DNA of 59,365 bases from a virus (lineage: Duplodnaviria; Caudoviricetes). Under the pieces are notes generated by a model. That model saw nothing but the letters and a program-made list of their open reading frames with translations. It made no database searches and was not told the DNA's origin. This document shows positions 1-8,795 of this stretch, piece after piece. The stretch is from positions 1 through 59,365 of IMG/VR virus record IMGVR_UViG_3300036778_000019; one strand, 5' to 3'. The position numbers were made by a program, and so were the translations under genes. Positions within the stretch are counted from its first letter, which is position 1; each line of letters opens with the position of its first letter.

Positions 1-159
1 ATATCTGCTGGTCGGAGTGCGTCCGGCTGTTGTAGGCCGAAGGTAGAAGCTCAGAGACGCGGCGCTGAGCGATAGGGAGAGCGTCGGAGACTGCTGCCTT
101 GGTTTTCACGACTGAAATATACCACTGCGGAGGGGTCTGGATATAATCTGCGCATGACT
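1..159. repeat. Terminal direct repeat / circular assembly overlap, copy 1
   Basis: Identical to 59207-59365 except position 128 (C) vs 59334 (T). Confidence 0.97.
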
Positions 160-384
160 ATTGATGAACGTATCGCAGCCCTTACGGTGAATCTGGAACT
201 CCTGACGCACATCGTTTCTGACCAAGGCAAGAATATCGATAGTCTGCTCGAAAGTGAGAAGCAGCAGGCTCGGCGTTTTGCTCGATTCGAGTCTATCGTG
301 CTGCGGCTCGGCGCAAGCCACTCTGAGCGCATCCGCGATCTTGAGGGTCGTGCTGGTGGAGACGAGACGGCTACAGAGGGATAA
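154..384 (+). CDS. Small coiled-coil hypothetical protein (leaderless)
   Basis: 76-aa helical ORF; TATAAT at 142-147, 6 nt before ATG. Confidence 0.75.
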   Translation: MTIDERIAALTVNLELLTHIVSDQGKNIDSLLESEKQQARRFARFESIVLRLGASHSERIRDLEGRAGGDETATEG

Positions 385-435
385 GCGGGTCTGATAAAAT
401 CAGAGCACAAACCAAAACCAACAGGCATACCAAGG

Positions 436-1041
436 TTACTCAACGATTTCGGAGAGCCCTGTCTCGGGAGAGATAGGGCTTATTTTTCCCCTCTGGATGT
501 ATGCGTAGACCGACGCCAGTGAGAGCGAGTACTCGCGGGCAAGGTTGGATCTCTTCTCTCCCGCCGCTGCCTTGCGGCAAAGCTCCGCTGCTCTCTCTTC
601 GGTCATTCGGAACGGACGCCCCTTGTAGACTCCGTTCGCCTTGGCGATGGCGATACCTTCGCGCTGGCGTTCCAGCATGAGCGCCCGCTCGAACTCGGCC
701 ACGGCTCCCATGACGCTCAGCAGGAGATGTGACATCGGGGAGTCATCTCCGGTGAATGTCAGGAACTCCTTCTCAAAGCGAACGACGACGCCGCGCTTCG
801 TCAGGTCGTCTACGATGCGTCGCAGGTCCATTAGGTTACGCGCCAGCCTGTCCATTGAGTGAACGATCAGCGTATCGCCTGCGCGGACGTACTTCAGTGC
901 CGCCTGAAGCTCCGGCCTGTCCATGCTCTTGCCCGAAGCCTTGTCGGTGAAGACGCGATCCAGTTCCAAGCCGTCCAACTGCCGCTCCGTATTCTGCTCC
1001 GTCGTGCTAACGCGGATGTACCCAACGATCTGACCCTTCAC
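436..1041 (-). CDS. Small serine recombinase (resolvase/invertase family) with C-terminal HTH
   Basis: GYIRVST, GDTLIVHSMDRLARN, AEFERALMLERQREG, YKGRP motifs; likely GTG start at 1041 after GGAG, not the track start 1161. Confidence 0.95.
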   Translation of the reverse strand: MKGQIVGYIRVSTTEQNTERQLDGLELDRVFTDKASGKSMDRPELQAALKYVRAGDTLIVHSMDRLARNLMDLRRIVDDLTKRGVVVRFEKEFLTFTGDDSPMSHLLLSVMGAVAEFERALMLERQREGIAIAKANGVYKGRPFRMTEERAAELCRKAAAGEKRSNLAREYSLSLASVYAYIQRGKISPISPETGLSEIVE

Positions 1042-1053
1042 ATTGCTCTCCAA

Positions 1054-1180
1054 TCCAGTTGAGTTCCTAGTATAAACTGGAATGGCTCTATCAATTAGGA
1101 TTCCAATCCAAACGAGAGTTGATTTTGTTGAGTGGGTAGACTCCAGTTTGAGAGTGGCCAAAATAGAGTGAGATTAGAGT
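1054..1180. promoter_or_regulatory. Putative res site / resolvase promoter region
   Basis: AT-rich region upstream of resolvase; inverted repeat TCCAGTT-N14-AACTGGA (1054-1081) plus another TCCAGTT near 1142. Confidence 0.45.
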
Positions 1181-1199
1181 AGAACGGAGGTAAAAACTA

Positions 1200-1415
1200 A
1201 TGACAGAAGATCAACGTTATTACCGAAGTCGGTCACGTCAGGAAACCACGCAGGTTAGAAAAAATTTAGACGAAATGGATAGCTGGGTTTACCTCAACAC
1301 AAACAGGGCTAATTTCTTCTCCTTGGCGGCGTCAATTCATGCTAAAAATGCCGCTTCCCTAGCTTTCAAGGCGCACCCCGATCTTAGAGAAGATGAAGTA
1401 GGTAGAGAATTATAG
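1200..1415 (+). CDS. Hypothetical protein
   Basis: GGAGG RBS; divergent from resolvase. Confidence 0.6.
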   Translation: MTEDQRYYRSRSRQETTQVRKNLDEMDSWVYLNTNRANFFSLAASIHAKNAASLAFKAHPDLREDEVGREL

Positions 1416-1479
1416 TGCACGGCTCTGTGCAAATATATATAAAGTGTTAGTATTTTACGCAACACGAATCAGGAGAGAG

Positions 1480-1725
1480 ATGGGCGTATACGACGATCTG
1501 AAAAAGGTGCTACAGGACACGCTGACGCCGGATGTGAAGGCGCTGCGCGAGGCTGTAGATCAAAATGAGAAGCGAGCACAGGAGCGGCACGAGATGGTGC
1601 TGCGGGAAGTCGGCTTGCGCTTCGATGCGATGAACTATCGCTTTGACAGTTTGAACGAGCGGATAGACCTGAGTCGGCGGGTGGAGAACCTTGAGCGTAC
1701 GCGGGACGAGGAGAAGGCGCACTGA
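1480..1725 (+). CDS. Small coiled-coil hypothetical protein
   Basis: AGGAG RBS before ATG 1480; TGATG coupling to next gene. Confidence 0.75.
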   Translation: MGVYDDLKKVLQDTLTPDVKALREAVDQNEKRAQERHEMVLREVGLRFDAMNYRFDSLNERIDLSRRVENLERTRDEEKAH

Positions 1726-2303
1726 TGACGACGGCGAAGAAGATCAAATGTCCCGAATGTGGTATGACAAAATTTACCTCGACGCAAATGTTGGGCCTGC
1801 ACCGCAAGAATGTACATGGCGTCGAGAGCGAAGTCCCTTCTACCGTCTACGCCAAGCTGAAATATCAGGCTGATCGCGGGGAGTTAGTCAAAACCATCGA
1901 TCCGAAGAATCCGCTTCAGTGCCAGATATGCGGTCTACCGATCAGAAGCAAAAGCGGTCTATCGCTTCACATCAACCGGAACCACCCGAAGCCTGCGACG
2001 CCTGTAGAGATCCCCGTTGAGATCCCCGCCGCCGTTGAGGTCAAGCCTGTCAGCAATGGGAAGAGGAAGTACATAAGGAGAGAGATTGAGCAGCCAGCGC
2101 AAGCCCACGCCACCATCATCGTCAGCGAAGCCCAAGAAGGCCACCCTGCTACAAATGGTTACGCCATCCCCGACGGCACCCTTGCCCTTGCCCTCGGTCG
2201 ATTCCAAGGGCTATGCCAAAGCATGGCAGTCGAATTTGACCTACCTCCAAGGTTGTTTGCCGCCCGGCTCGCAGAGCTTATTTATCACGCGCAAGTACGG
2301 TAA
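1725..2303 (+). CDS. Protein with two C2H2-type zinc fingers
   Basis: CPECGMTKFTSTQMLGLHRKNVH and CQICGLPIRSKSGLSLHINRNH. Confidence 0.8.
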   Translation: MTTAKKIKCPECGMTKFTSTQMLGLHRKNVHGVESEVPSTVYAKLKYQADRGELVKTIDPKNPLQCQICGLPIRSKSGLSLHINRNHPKPATPVEIPVEIPAAVEVKPVSNGKRKYIRREIEQPAQAHATIIVSEAQEGHPATNGYAIPDGTLALALGRFQGLCQSMAVEFDLPPRLFAARLAELIYHAQVR

Positions 2304-2426
2304 TCACATCGGTCTGGCTTGCGTCTGTCCGCACTGCGAGATAAAACCGCCGAAGTTCGTACCGCAGTGGAACCGCTGGCGCTGGATGAGTGCCCACATC
2401 GCCAAGCACAGAGGGAGTGCCGTTAC

Positions 2427-2654
2427 ATGAGCTACGAGGTAACGAACGAGCAGATCAAGTCGCGGATGAACGATATCGGCCATCGCATTCACGCAGCACT
2501 TGAAGAGTACAAGGGTGAGCCTCGATTGGGGTTCGCTCTCCTGCTCTTCGAGTTTGGTGGAGGCGGTTCGATGTTCTACATCTCGGATGCGGTCCGCGCC
2601 GACATGCTGAAGGCGATGAAGGAGTTCATCGCCAAGCAGGAGAGGACGAATTGA
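2427..2654 (+). CDS. Hypothetical phage protein (GFALLLF...YIS..RADM type)
   Basis: GGGAG RBS; motif seen in small phage proteins; coupled to next ORF. Confidence 0.7.
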   Translation: MSYEVTNEQIKSRMNDIGHRIHAALEEYKGEPRLGFALLLFEFGGGGSMFYISDAVRADMLKAMKEFIAKQERTN

Positions 2655-3034
2655 TTCTCTTCGATGAAAAGACGGTAGGGATTTGGTTCCTGTCGACGAT
2701 AACGAATCGACAGGACTGGCTGGCTGGGGTCCGCGAGATCGAGCCGGAAGTGAAGTATGAGCTGTCGTATCGCTTTCGCTACTACGCTGACGATGGTAAG
2801 AATCCGTTCGAGGATAGCGACAAGAAGAACTGGTATTCGGGTCAGGTCAGCGGAACGCGGGCCTACGTCATCGCCTCGATGCGGGCTGTAGGCGCGGGGC
2901 TGGAGGCGAGAGCCGATGGCAAGCTCTACGAGATAATCAACGATGGCGATTTTGAGGTGTTTCATCGCAGGCTGATCGATGCGCCGTTTATGTATGTCAG
3001 AGCAGAGGAGAAGAAAAATGTGCTTACCCTTTGA
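2651..3034 (+). CDS. Hypothetical protein
   Basis: Overlapping-operon position, GAGG RBS. Confidence 0.7.
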   Translation: MILFDEKTVGIWFLSTITNRQDWLAGVREIEPEVKYELSYRFRYYADDGKNPFEDSDKKNWYSGQVSGTRAYVIASMRAVGAGLEARADGKLYEIINDGDFEVFHRRLIDAPFMYVRAEEKKNVLTL

Positions 3035-3464
3035 ACCCTACAAGATCGAGCGCGAGTGGAAGCACCTTGGCTTGTCCTGCGCGGTGACGCAGGCAAGGGA
3101 AGGGGAGCATCGCTGCGGCTATGTTCGCGTTCCCCCGGGCCACCCGCTCCACGGAGCGGAGTATGGTTCGGACAGGCTCGATGGCATCTCGGCTCACGGC
3201 GGCGTCAATCTCTCCGAACTTGAACCCTGTACTGAGCACGAGGATGGACAGGGCTGGTGGTTCGGCTTCGACTGCGGTCACTGTTTCGATGGGAAGTTTG
3301 ATCCGGAGATCGACCCCGAGACGCTTTCGCCACGCTCCCGCGAGGTTTACGACATATATGCGCGTTGTGGCTTATTGCGTGATGGCCACTACTGGACTGA
3401 GGCTGATGTCGTTGCCGAGGTAGAGCGGCTGGCTGCGCAGCTTGCGGAGGTCGCGGCGGCATGA
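3018..3464 (+). CDS. Hypothetical phage protein (CGYV..P.GHP / HGG / WWFGFDC.H type)
   Basis: Conserved-looking motif set; GAGGAG RBS. Confidence 0.8.
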   Translation: MCLPFEPYKIEREWKHLGLSCAVTQAREGEHRCGYVRVPPGHPLHGAEYGSDRLDGISAHGGVNLSELEPCTEHEDGQGWWFGFDCGHCFDGKFDPEIDPETLSPRSREVYDIYARCGLLRDGHYWTEADVVAEVERLAAQLAEVAAA

Positions 3465-3626
3465 AGACGATCCAGATTGTTGTTATCGTCGCGAATCTCG
3501 TCTGCTGCGTCTTCAATGTCGCCTGCATTATCCGGCTGCGGAAGAAGACGAAGGAGCTAATTGCGGCGAGGACGGAGATGGACAACCTGATCAGCCACGC
3601 AGTCCGCACGATGAGGAGCAACGTCG

Positions 3627-3926
3627 ATGCCGAGTGAGCGTGAAGTGGTACGCCAGATGGTCGAGTTTGCGACGGAAGAAGAATTGAAGCTGCTGCGTCA
3701 GTTCGAAGCGGCTGACCCGAAGCAAGAGGATCCGATGGTCTTTGTCGGTGGATTTGACCCGCTTAGCATCGATGGGGCGAGGCAGACGGTGTGCGGTGGA
3801 TGTGGAAGAGCGATCTGGCTCTCGCCATCGACGCAGGAGACGATTCGAGAGCGTGGAGATCGGCCTACAGAGTTCATGTGCGTTCTCTGTTTGGCTAAGC
3901 TAGTAGAAGAGGAGGGCCAACCATGA
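3627..3926 (+). CDS. Hypothetical CxxC zinc-binding protein
   Basis: Two CxxC pairs; operon coupling. Confidence 0.65.
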   Translation: MPSEREVVRQMVEFATEEELKLLRQFEAADPKQEDPMVFVGGFDPLSIDGARQTVCGGCGRAIWLSPSTQETIRERGDRPTEFMCVLCLAKLVEEEGQP

Positions 3927-4210
3927 TTGCTCCGAAGGAGTTTCAGTCGAGAGTAGAGGTTTTGGTCGGGAAGCTGGCCCAAGATGTTGCAGCGTTCCGC
4001 GCCATCTTTCCCCCAACCGTTGAAGGCTGTATCCGCGTCATGCTGCTGATGGTGTACATCAAGGAGACGCTGCCGGAGATGTTCGACCAGATCGACGAGG
4101 CGAAGAGTATCGCCGCATTGTGGCTCGCGATGGATTCTCCGGACGAGAGCGATCCGTTCAAGGAACTGCTCGACCAAATGCTGCGCGATTTAGAAGGAAC
4201 GAAACAGTGA
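3923..4210 (+). CDS. Hypothetical protein (possible paralog of 48510-48764)
   Basis: ATGA overlap, GGAGG RBS. Confidence 0.7.
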   Translation: MIAPKEFQSRVEVLVGKLAQDVAAFRAIFPPTVEGCIRVMLLMVYIKETLPEMFDQIDEAKSIAALWLAMDSPDESDPFKELLDQMLRDLEGTKQ

Positions 4211-4500
4211 AGAAGAAAAAGCTTAACGTAAAAAATTGGCCAGTGATGAAGTCGCACTGTGCTACGTGCCCGTTCGGAGCCAACGGGGATCCAGAGCTTC
4301 AGGTGCGTGTAACGTACCGCATCTCGAAGCTGGAGAGTTCGCAGATCTGTCACCACCCGGCGCTGAAGGGTAAGCCGGAGACACATCTCTGTCGCGGGGC
4401 GCGGGATATCCAGTTGAAGATTCTCTGCGCCTTCGGGATGATCGAAGAACCAACCGATGAAGCTTTTACGGCTAGAAGCCGCGAGGTAGGAGCGATATGA
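4207..4500 (+). CDS. Hypothetical Cys/His-rich protein
   Basis: CATCPF...CHH...CRG; GTGA overlap. Confidence 0.7.
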   Translation: MKKKKLNVKNWPVMKSHCATCPFGANGDPELQVRVTYRISKLESSQICHHPALKGKPETHLCRGARDIQLKILCAFGMIEEPTDEAFTARSREVGAI

Positions 4501-4679
4501 AGATCGAACTGACGGACGATGAGTTTTCTACGCTGCTACTGATGTGCGGCTATGCTGCCGGAGCGGCATCGTCGCACGACAACAAGCGTCTCGCCTACGG
4601 CTTTCTGCGTGTAGCGAACGCCATCAACCGAAACAACCCTAGCTGGACTCCGTATGAGATCCCCAAGGAGAGCGAGTAG
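4497..4679 (+). CDS. Hypothetical protein
   Basis: AGGAG RBS, ATGA overlap. Confidence 0.65.
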   Translation: MKIELTDDEFSTLLLMCGYAAGAASSHDNKRLAYGFLRVANAINRNNPSWTPYEIPKESE

Positions 4680-4682
4680 CAG

Positions 4683-4955
4683 ATGGCCGATAACAAGCAC
4701 TTCAAAGTCGAGTGGTTCGATCTGCAAAGGGAACCGCAATGCCCACCTGATCCGGCCTATCCCGATGGTGTGGATCTTGACGTGGTACAGGAGCGCGTCG
4801 TCCCGTCGTGCCTGATCACGCTGCCTTATCCGGCCAAGCGGTGTGGGCAGTACCTGCTGGAGTGCAGGCTCTGTGGCCTGACCGCAGCCTGTACAACGGC
4901 GGGTAGGCCTGATGATCCACGCAGTATCAAGCTGGCTTGCAGAATGGACTTCTGA
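4683..4955 (+). CDS. Hypothetical Cys-rich protein
   Basis: Operon position. Confidence 0.7.
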   Translation: MADNKHFKVEWFDLQREPQCPPDPAYPDGVDLDVVQERVVPSCLITLPYPAKRCGQYLLECRLCGLTAACTTAGRPDDPRSIKLACRMDF

Positions 4956-5201
4956 ATGATCGAACAGGGTGATACGGTACGGCTACGGCCGTTGGGGTCG
5001 ACAGATGAATGGTGCGTCTGCATCGTCGAGGTCATGAGCCCTAATCAACAGTCGGCTGGCCTGAAGATCATCGAAGGAGTCTTTCGTCCACGTAGCGGTG
5101 GCATGGTGTTGGGGGCGATACCCGTCTCGTTTACGGAGACGGCTGCGCTGTTTGCTTTCACTGGCGAGGAACTGGAGATGGAATTGTGGGCGAAGCTTTG
5201 A
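4956..5201 (+). CDS. Hypothetical protein
   Basis: Abuts previous stop. Confidence 0.6.
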   Translation: MIEQGDTVRLRPLGSTDEWCVCIVEVMSPNQQSAGLKIIEGVFRPRSGGMVLGAIPVSFTETAALFAFTGEELEMELWAKL

Positions 5202-5452
5202 GCGAACTAGAGATATCGGGCGAAGAACGCTGGAGAGTGGTCGCACATCTGCTCACTCAACTCGAAGGGTGCCGTAGTTTTGTGATGGAGCTTATGAACG
5301 AACCGGGATCACTTCCGCTCGCTACATACGCACAGCAGGTACGCGCCGTTGCGCACGCGATCAACCGAGCACACAGCGTCGCTCTCAACTACACGAACTC
5401 AGCGACGATCACACTGAGGCAAGCAAGGGATTCTGAGGTTCAAAAGCGATGA
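5186..5452 (+). CDS. Hypothetical protein
   Basis: Fills operon gap; start uncertain. Confidence 0.55.
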   Translation: MGEALSELEISGEERWRVVAHLLTQLEGCRSFVMELMNEPGSLPLATYAQQVRAVAHAINRAHSVALNYTNSATITLRQARDSEVQKR

Positions 5453-5760
5453 GCTTCACCTGTCCGAAGTGCGGAAGAGTCAGTCACAACCCGAACGACG
5501 AGCGCGAACAGTACTGCGGGCACTGCCATGAGTTCGTAGGTGAACTTGAGATATTCGTAATCTACGAGCGGCCACGAGATTATCCAGAGCACTTTGTAAT
5601 GCGCCGTTGGGCTGTAAGTTCTGACAAAAAGATACAGGCGACAGATTACTTCCGTCTTGCTGACTCGCTCGATGAAGCTCGTAGCTACGTACCCGCCCAC
5701 TGCATTCGAGTGGAACGCGATCCAAAAGATGAGCCGCAGGTCGTGGAATCGTGGATATGA
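5449..5760 (+). CDS. Hypothetical protein with N-terminal zinc ribbon
   Basis: CPKC...YCGHCH; IYERPRDYP motif. Confidence 0.75.
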   Translation: MSFTCPKCGRVSHNPNDEREQYCGHCHEFVGELEIFVIYERPRDYPEHFVMRRWAVSSDKKIQATDYFRLADSLDEARSYVPAHCIRVERDPKDEPQVVESWI

Positions 5761-6332
5761 ACGAAGAAGATTACCAGTTCAACCTGCAACAGGTGCGCGA
5801 TGGGTTGATAGTCTCTGCTCTTAGCTATCCGCTACTCCCCGGCCTCGTCTACACCTCGCCCTACGACTTCATAGCGCAGCATGGCGTGGACTACAGGCCG
5901 ATGCCGTGGAGCTTCGCCTATCCGCAGGGAGCGCAGAAGCAGTGCTACGGCAACGCGATCAATCTGGCTGCGAAGTTCAAGCTGAAGTACATCGAGGGTG
6001 TCGCGCTGGCTCCTACGGGCGAGATGATCCTCCACGGTTGGAACGCGACTGCGGAGAATGAACTCGTCGATGTGACGTGGTGCAATACGGGGCTGATCTA
6101 TGTCGGTGTCGAGTTCTCGGTTGAGCGTGGCGACGATGCGACGTGGAATGGCGACGCCCACATACTGAATGACGAGTATCGCAATTACCCAGTCTTTCAG
6201 CAGCGGTGGCAGGGCGAAGACTACACGATCCAGTGGCCACACTCGGACCGCCTTGAGGCGATAGATCGCTACATGCGAACCGGGGAGTACAAGACGCCTG
6301 CGTCCATCGACGAGTGGCTGAAGCGAGGTTGA
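5757..6332 (+). CDS. Putative transglutaminase/papain-like fold protein
   Basis: CYGNA...YIEG...HGW...VD arrangement resembling a Cys-His-Asp triad. Confidence 0.55.
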   Translation: MNEEDYQFNLQQVRDGLIVSALSYPLLPGLVYTSPYDFIAQHGVDYRPMPWSFAYPQGAQKQCYGNAINLAAKFKLKYIEGVALAPTGEMILHGWNATAENELVDVTWCNTGLIYVGVEFSVERGDDATWNGDAHILNDEYRNYPVFQQRWQGEDYTIQWPHSDRLEAIDRYMRTGEYKTPASIDEWLKRG

Positions 6333-6369
6333 CCGCGCTGGTATCCTCGTCATAGAGGTGGACTTGGCC

Positions 6370-6615
6370 ATGAAGAGTTTTCTTGTCCTGCTTCTCTTGA
6401 CGCTGACAGGGTGCTACAGCGTCGTCTCGATCAACCTTGGATCGGTCCAGCATCAGGCCGCAAGCTCTGGCCCGCTGATGCCGCCCGAAGTCCAGTGCGC
6501 GGCTCTCGCGGGTGAAGCCATCAAGGCCGGAAACGTTGAAGCCGAGCAGATGGAAAAGACCTGTGCGGATATCACCGCAAGCCAAGTAGCGGGCGAGAAG
6601 AAGGCGAAGAAGTAA
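6370..6615 (+). CDS. Small lipoprotein
   Basis: MKSFLVLLLLTLTG-C lipobox; GAGGTG RBS. Confidence 0.75.
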   Translation: MKSFLVLLLLTLTGCYSVVSINLGSVQHQAASSGPLMPPEVQCAALAGEAIKAGNVEAEQMEKTCADITASQVAGEKKAKK

Positions 6616-6746
6616 CAGAAGCCGCCCCGAAGGACGGCCCCCGTTTTTAGTGCAGGAAGCAAATCCAAGCCCTAACGAGCGCAAGGATTGTGCTAATATC
6701 AACCTTAATCACGATGGTGATCATGGTTTTATCCTTTCCGAAGAGA

Positions 6747-6779
6747 CCCGGTGGTTACGACACCGGGCCTTTTCCTTTT
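6747..6779 (+). terminator. Rho-independent terminator
   Basis: CCCGGTG-N7-CACCGGG followed by T-rich tract. Confidence 0.75.
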
Positions 6780-6907
6780 AAGTCGCCGAGGCGACCTCGT
6801 TGGAATGGGCGGGTGTGACTAACCCCGGCAACCGGAAAGGGCTGCACTGTTTGGATTTTAGCCTCATTTCATGTCGAAAAACAGGAAAGTGAGCAGTAAC
6901 CAATCGT

Positions 6908-7711
6908 CTACTCCATCCCCAAGAAACACTCCCAGCAGGTGAAGGTGAACTCCATCCCCGCCCGCTCTGTCCGCAGCTTGCCGCTACCCTCGCAGGCTTC
7001 ACAGTGGGCTGTCAGCAGCGATTGCGTCTTCTCCTTCGCCGCTTTGACTGTGGCTCTCGCGGCCATCCTTGCCTCAAGGCGCTCTGGATCTTCGGCGGGG
7101 CTGCGGTAGACTCCAAGCGATGCATCCGGCCTCGTCCGGCTATGGTCCCGGCCTCGTACGATCGATCTCAGGCTGCGGTTCTCGGCCTCAAGTGTCTTGG
7201 CGTACTGGACGCGCTTGGCCTTGTCGGCTTCAAGGCTGCGTTTCTCTTCGATGAGTTGACGAAACGCCGGGTGATTGTTCTGGTGAAGCCCACGCGAAGC
7301 CGTGGGTGTATTTGTTTTTGAAGTTAAAGGACTTAGTACTTCCCTCTCAGAATCGAGAGTGGAACTGTTCAAAACTTTTGGCCGCATCAAGAGGCTGGTC
7401 TCGTTATATTTTCCGTGGCCGGGGCGGGGAACACGGACGATCAGACCTCGGGAGACAAGGATCGCAGAGTGGGTGAAATAGGTCGAGACTCCAACCCCGC
7501 AATGGTGAGCCAGCTTGGCTGCGTCCCAGTCGCAGCACCCTCCGCAAGCTGCGATGGCGCGGCAGATCGCCTTGAAGGTCAGGTAGACACCGGGGGAGAG
7601 ATTGAGGTGATTGCGGCGACGGCGGGGGTATCTAGTTGGTAATGATTTCCGATTACTATTTACTTCGGATTTTTGTTGCAGCTTAGCGTTCGCTGCGATA
7701 AGCTTCTGCAT
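6908..7711 (-). CDS. Winged-HTH replication-initiator-like protein with C-terminal CxxCxGxG...CxxC zinc finger
   Basis: N-terminal 'AAKLAHHCGVGVSTYFTHSAILVSRGLIVRVPR' HTH; AT-rich internal linker; AAGGA RBS. Confidence 0.6.
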   Translation of the reverse strand: MQKLIAANAKLQQKSEVNSNRKSLPTRYPRRRRNHLNLSPGVYLTFKAICRAIAACGGCCDWDAAKLAHHCGVGVSTYFTHSAILVSRGLIVRVPRPGHGKYNETSLLMRPKVLNSSTLDSEREVLSPLTSKTNTPTASRGLHQNNHPAFRQLIEEKRSLEADKAKRVQYAKTLEAENRSLRSIVRGRDHSRTRPDASLGVYRSPAEDPERLEARMAARATVKAAKEKTQSLLTAHCEACEGSGKLRTERAGMEFTFTCWECFLGME

Positions 7712-7748
7712 ATCGGCGTTTCCTTTGGAAGGGATGCTATCGAGTTGT

Positions 7749-7784
7749 CAAGAGGCTGAGCGGCTAACTCAGCCTTTTGTCTTT
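7749..7784. terminator. Strong hairpin (terminator-like on +; lies in leader of 6908-7711 gene on -)
   Basis: AGGCTGAG-N7-CTCAGCCT + TTTGTCTTT. Confidence 0.6.
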
Positions 7785-7884
7785 AACGAATCTGCTCCAA
7801 CCTAAACTGAATAGACCTGTTAAGGTTAATTTTTTTTGGGGTGTAGCTGGAAGATTAACACTCGACGCGGTTTAGAGTGGGGCT

Positions 7885-8202
7885 ATGAAGTTCAGGGAGC
7901 ACAAGGGCAATCTGGCCGAGTCGATGGAGACGCTGGTCGAGTTCCAAGACAAACAGGCTTTAGTGGCGCACCTTCGCTACCTGCTCCGTCCGTTCAATTT
8001 CCATGTTGCCAGCAAGGACGTAGCGGCGCGGCTCTACAGTACGAGCGGAGACAAGCGTATCGGGTGGGAGAAGGTCTATGTGGTGACGATCCACGGATAC
8101 GGCGTGATCGGCTTCTGCAACGAGGCTATTGAACCGGGGTCAGAAACAGTTTCCGATCAGCCTCGCGGCGCCGCAAAAGGCCCGGGACGGCGACGCCCTT
8201 AA
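7885..8202 (+). CDS. Hypothetical phage protein (FREH.G.LAESMET...D.RIGW type)
   Basis: TAGAGT-N6-ATG; 3' end overlaps convergent lysozyme gene. Confidence 0.7.
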   Translation: MKFREHKGNLAESMETLVEFQDKQALVAHLRYLLRPFNFHVASKDVAARLYSTSGDKRIGWEKVYVVTIHGYGVIGFCNEAIEPGSETVSDQPRGAAKGPGRRRP

Positions 8203-8566
8203 CGAACTTCCAGCGCAGGAACTCCTCCGCAGCGCCCTCGAAGTCACCATCGTGGATCTTCTTCAGCAGCGTCGAGCGGTCAAAAGCTCCGCAGCCGACG
8301 TTGAAGACAAAATCCACCAGAGCGTCGAACTGGTTCTGATTCAGGTCGGCGGTCACGTTGCGGTTGACGCAATCGACAGCCCACTGAACGTCCTTCTTCA
8401 ACAGGTCTTCGGCGTCCTGCTCGGTGATCGCCAAACCCTTCTTTACGTCCTTGCCCGTATGGCCGTAGCCGATGGTCCAGACGCCGCCGCTGTCCTGATA
8501 GGCCGAGAGCCGCAGCCCCTCAAAGTCCTTGGTCTTCGCTAGTCCGGTTGAGCTGTACTGCATCAT
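8126..8566 (-). CDS. Endolysin, GH24 phage lysozyme
   Basis: FEGLRLSAYQDSGGVWTIGYGHT; NQNQFDALVDFVFNVG; GLLRRREA. Confidence 0.97.
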   Translation of the reverse strand: MMQYSSTGLAKTKDFEGLRLSAYQDSGGVWTIGYGHTGKDVKKGLAITEQDAEDLLKKDVQWAVDCVNRNVTADLNQNQFDALVDFVFNVGCGAFDRSTLLKKIHDGDFEGAAEEFLRWKFVKGVAVPGLLRRREADRKLFLTPVQ

Positions 8567-8795
8567 TGGATTCCGCTTTCTTCTTGCGCCAGTGGCCGAG
8601 CAGGAGAACGAGGGGAATGATAACGCCTACGACGAACTCCTGCATGAAGTGGGGGAAGCGGCTGAAGAGATTGAACACGGCGTCGTGGAATCGCTTGTTT
8701 TCGACGTAGAGGAAGGACGCAGCCGCCCAGAGACAGGCGAGTGACTTGGCGCTGACGTTGAACTGTGCGAGCCAGTTGCGTATACGCTGCCACAT
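8520..8795 (-). CDS. Putative holin
   Basis: Two hydrophobic segments, basic tail, directly upstream of endolysin. Confidence 0.55.
   Translation of the reverse strand: MWQRIRNWLAQFNVSAKSLACLWAAASFLYVENKRFHDAVFNLFSRFPHFMQEFVVGVIIPLVLLLGHWRKKKAESNDAVQLNRTSEDQGL

Noticed and set aside
1042-1161. N-terminal 40 aa of the resolvase as given in the ORF track
   Set aside because: The family fold begins at MKGQIVGYIRV; the upstream part is AT-rich regulatory sequence.
6821-6840. CCCCGGCAACCGGAAAGG as an eighth palindrome copy
   Set aside because: Only the CCGG-N3-CCGGAAA core matches; the left arm is absent.
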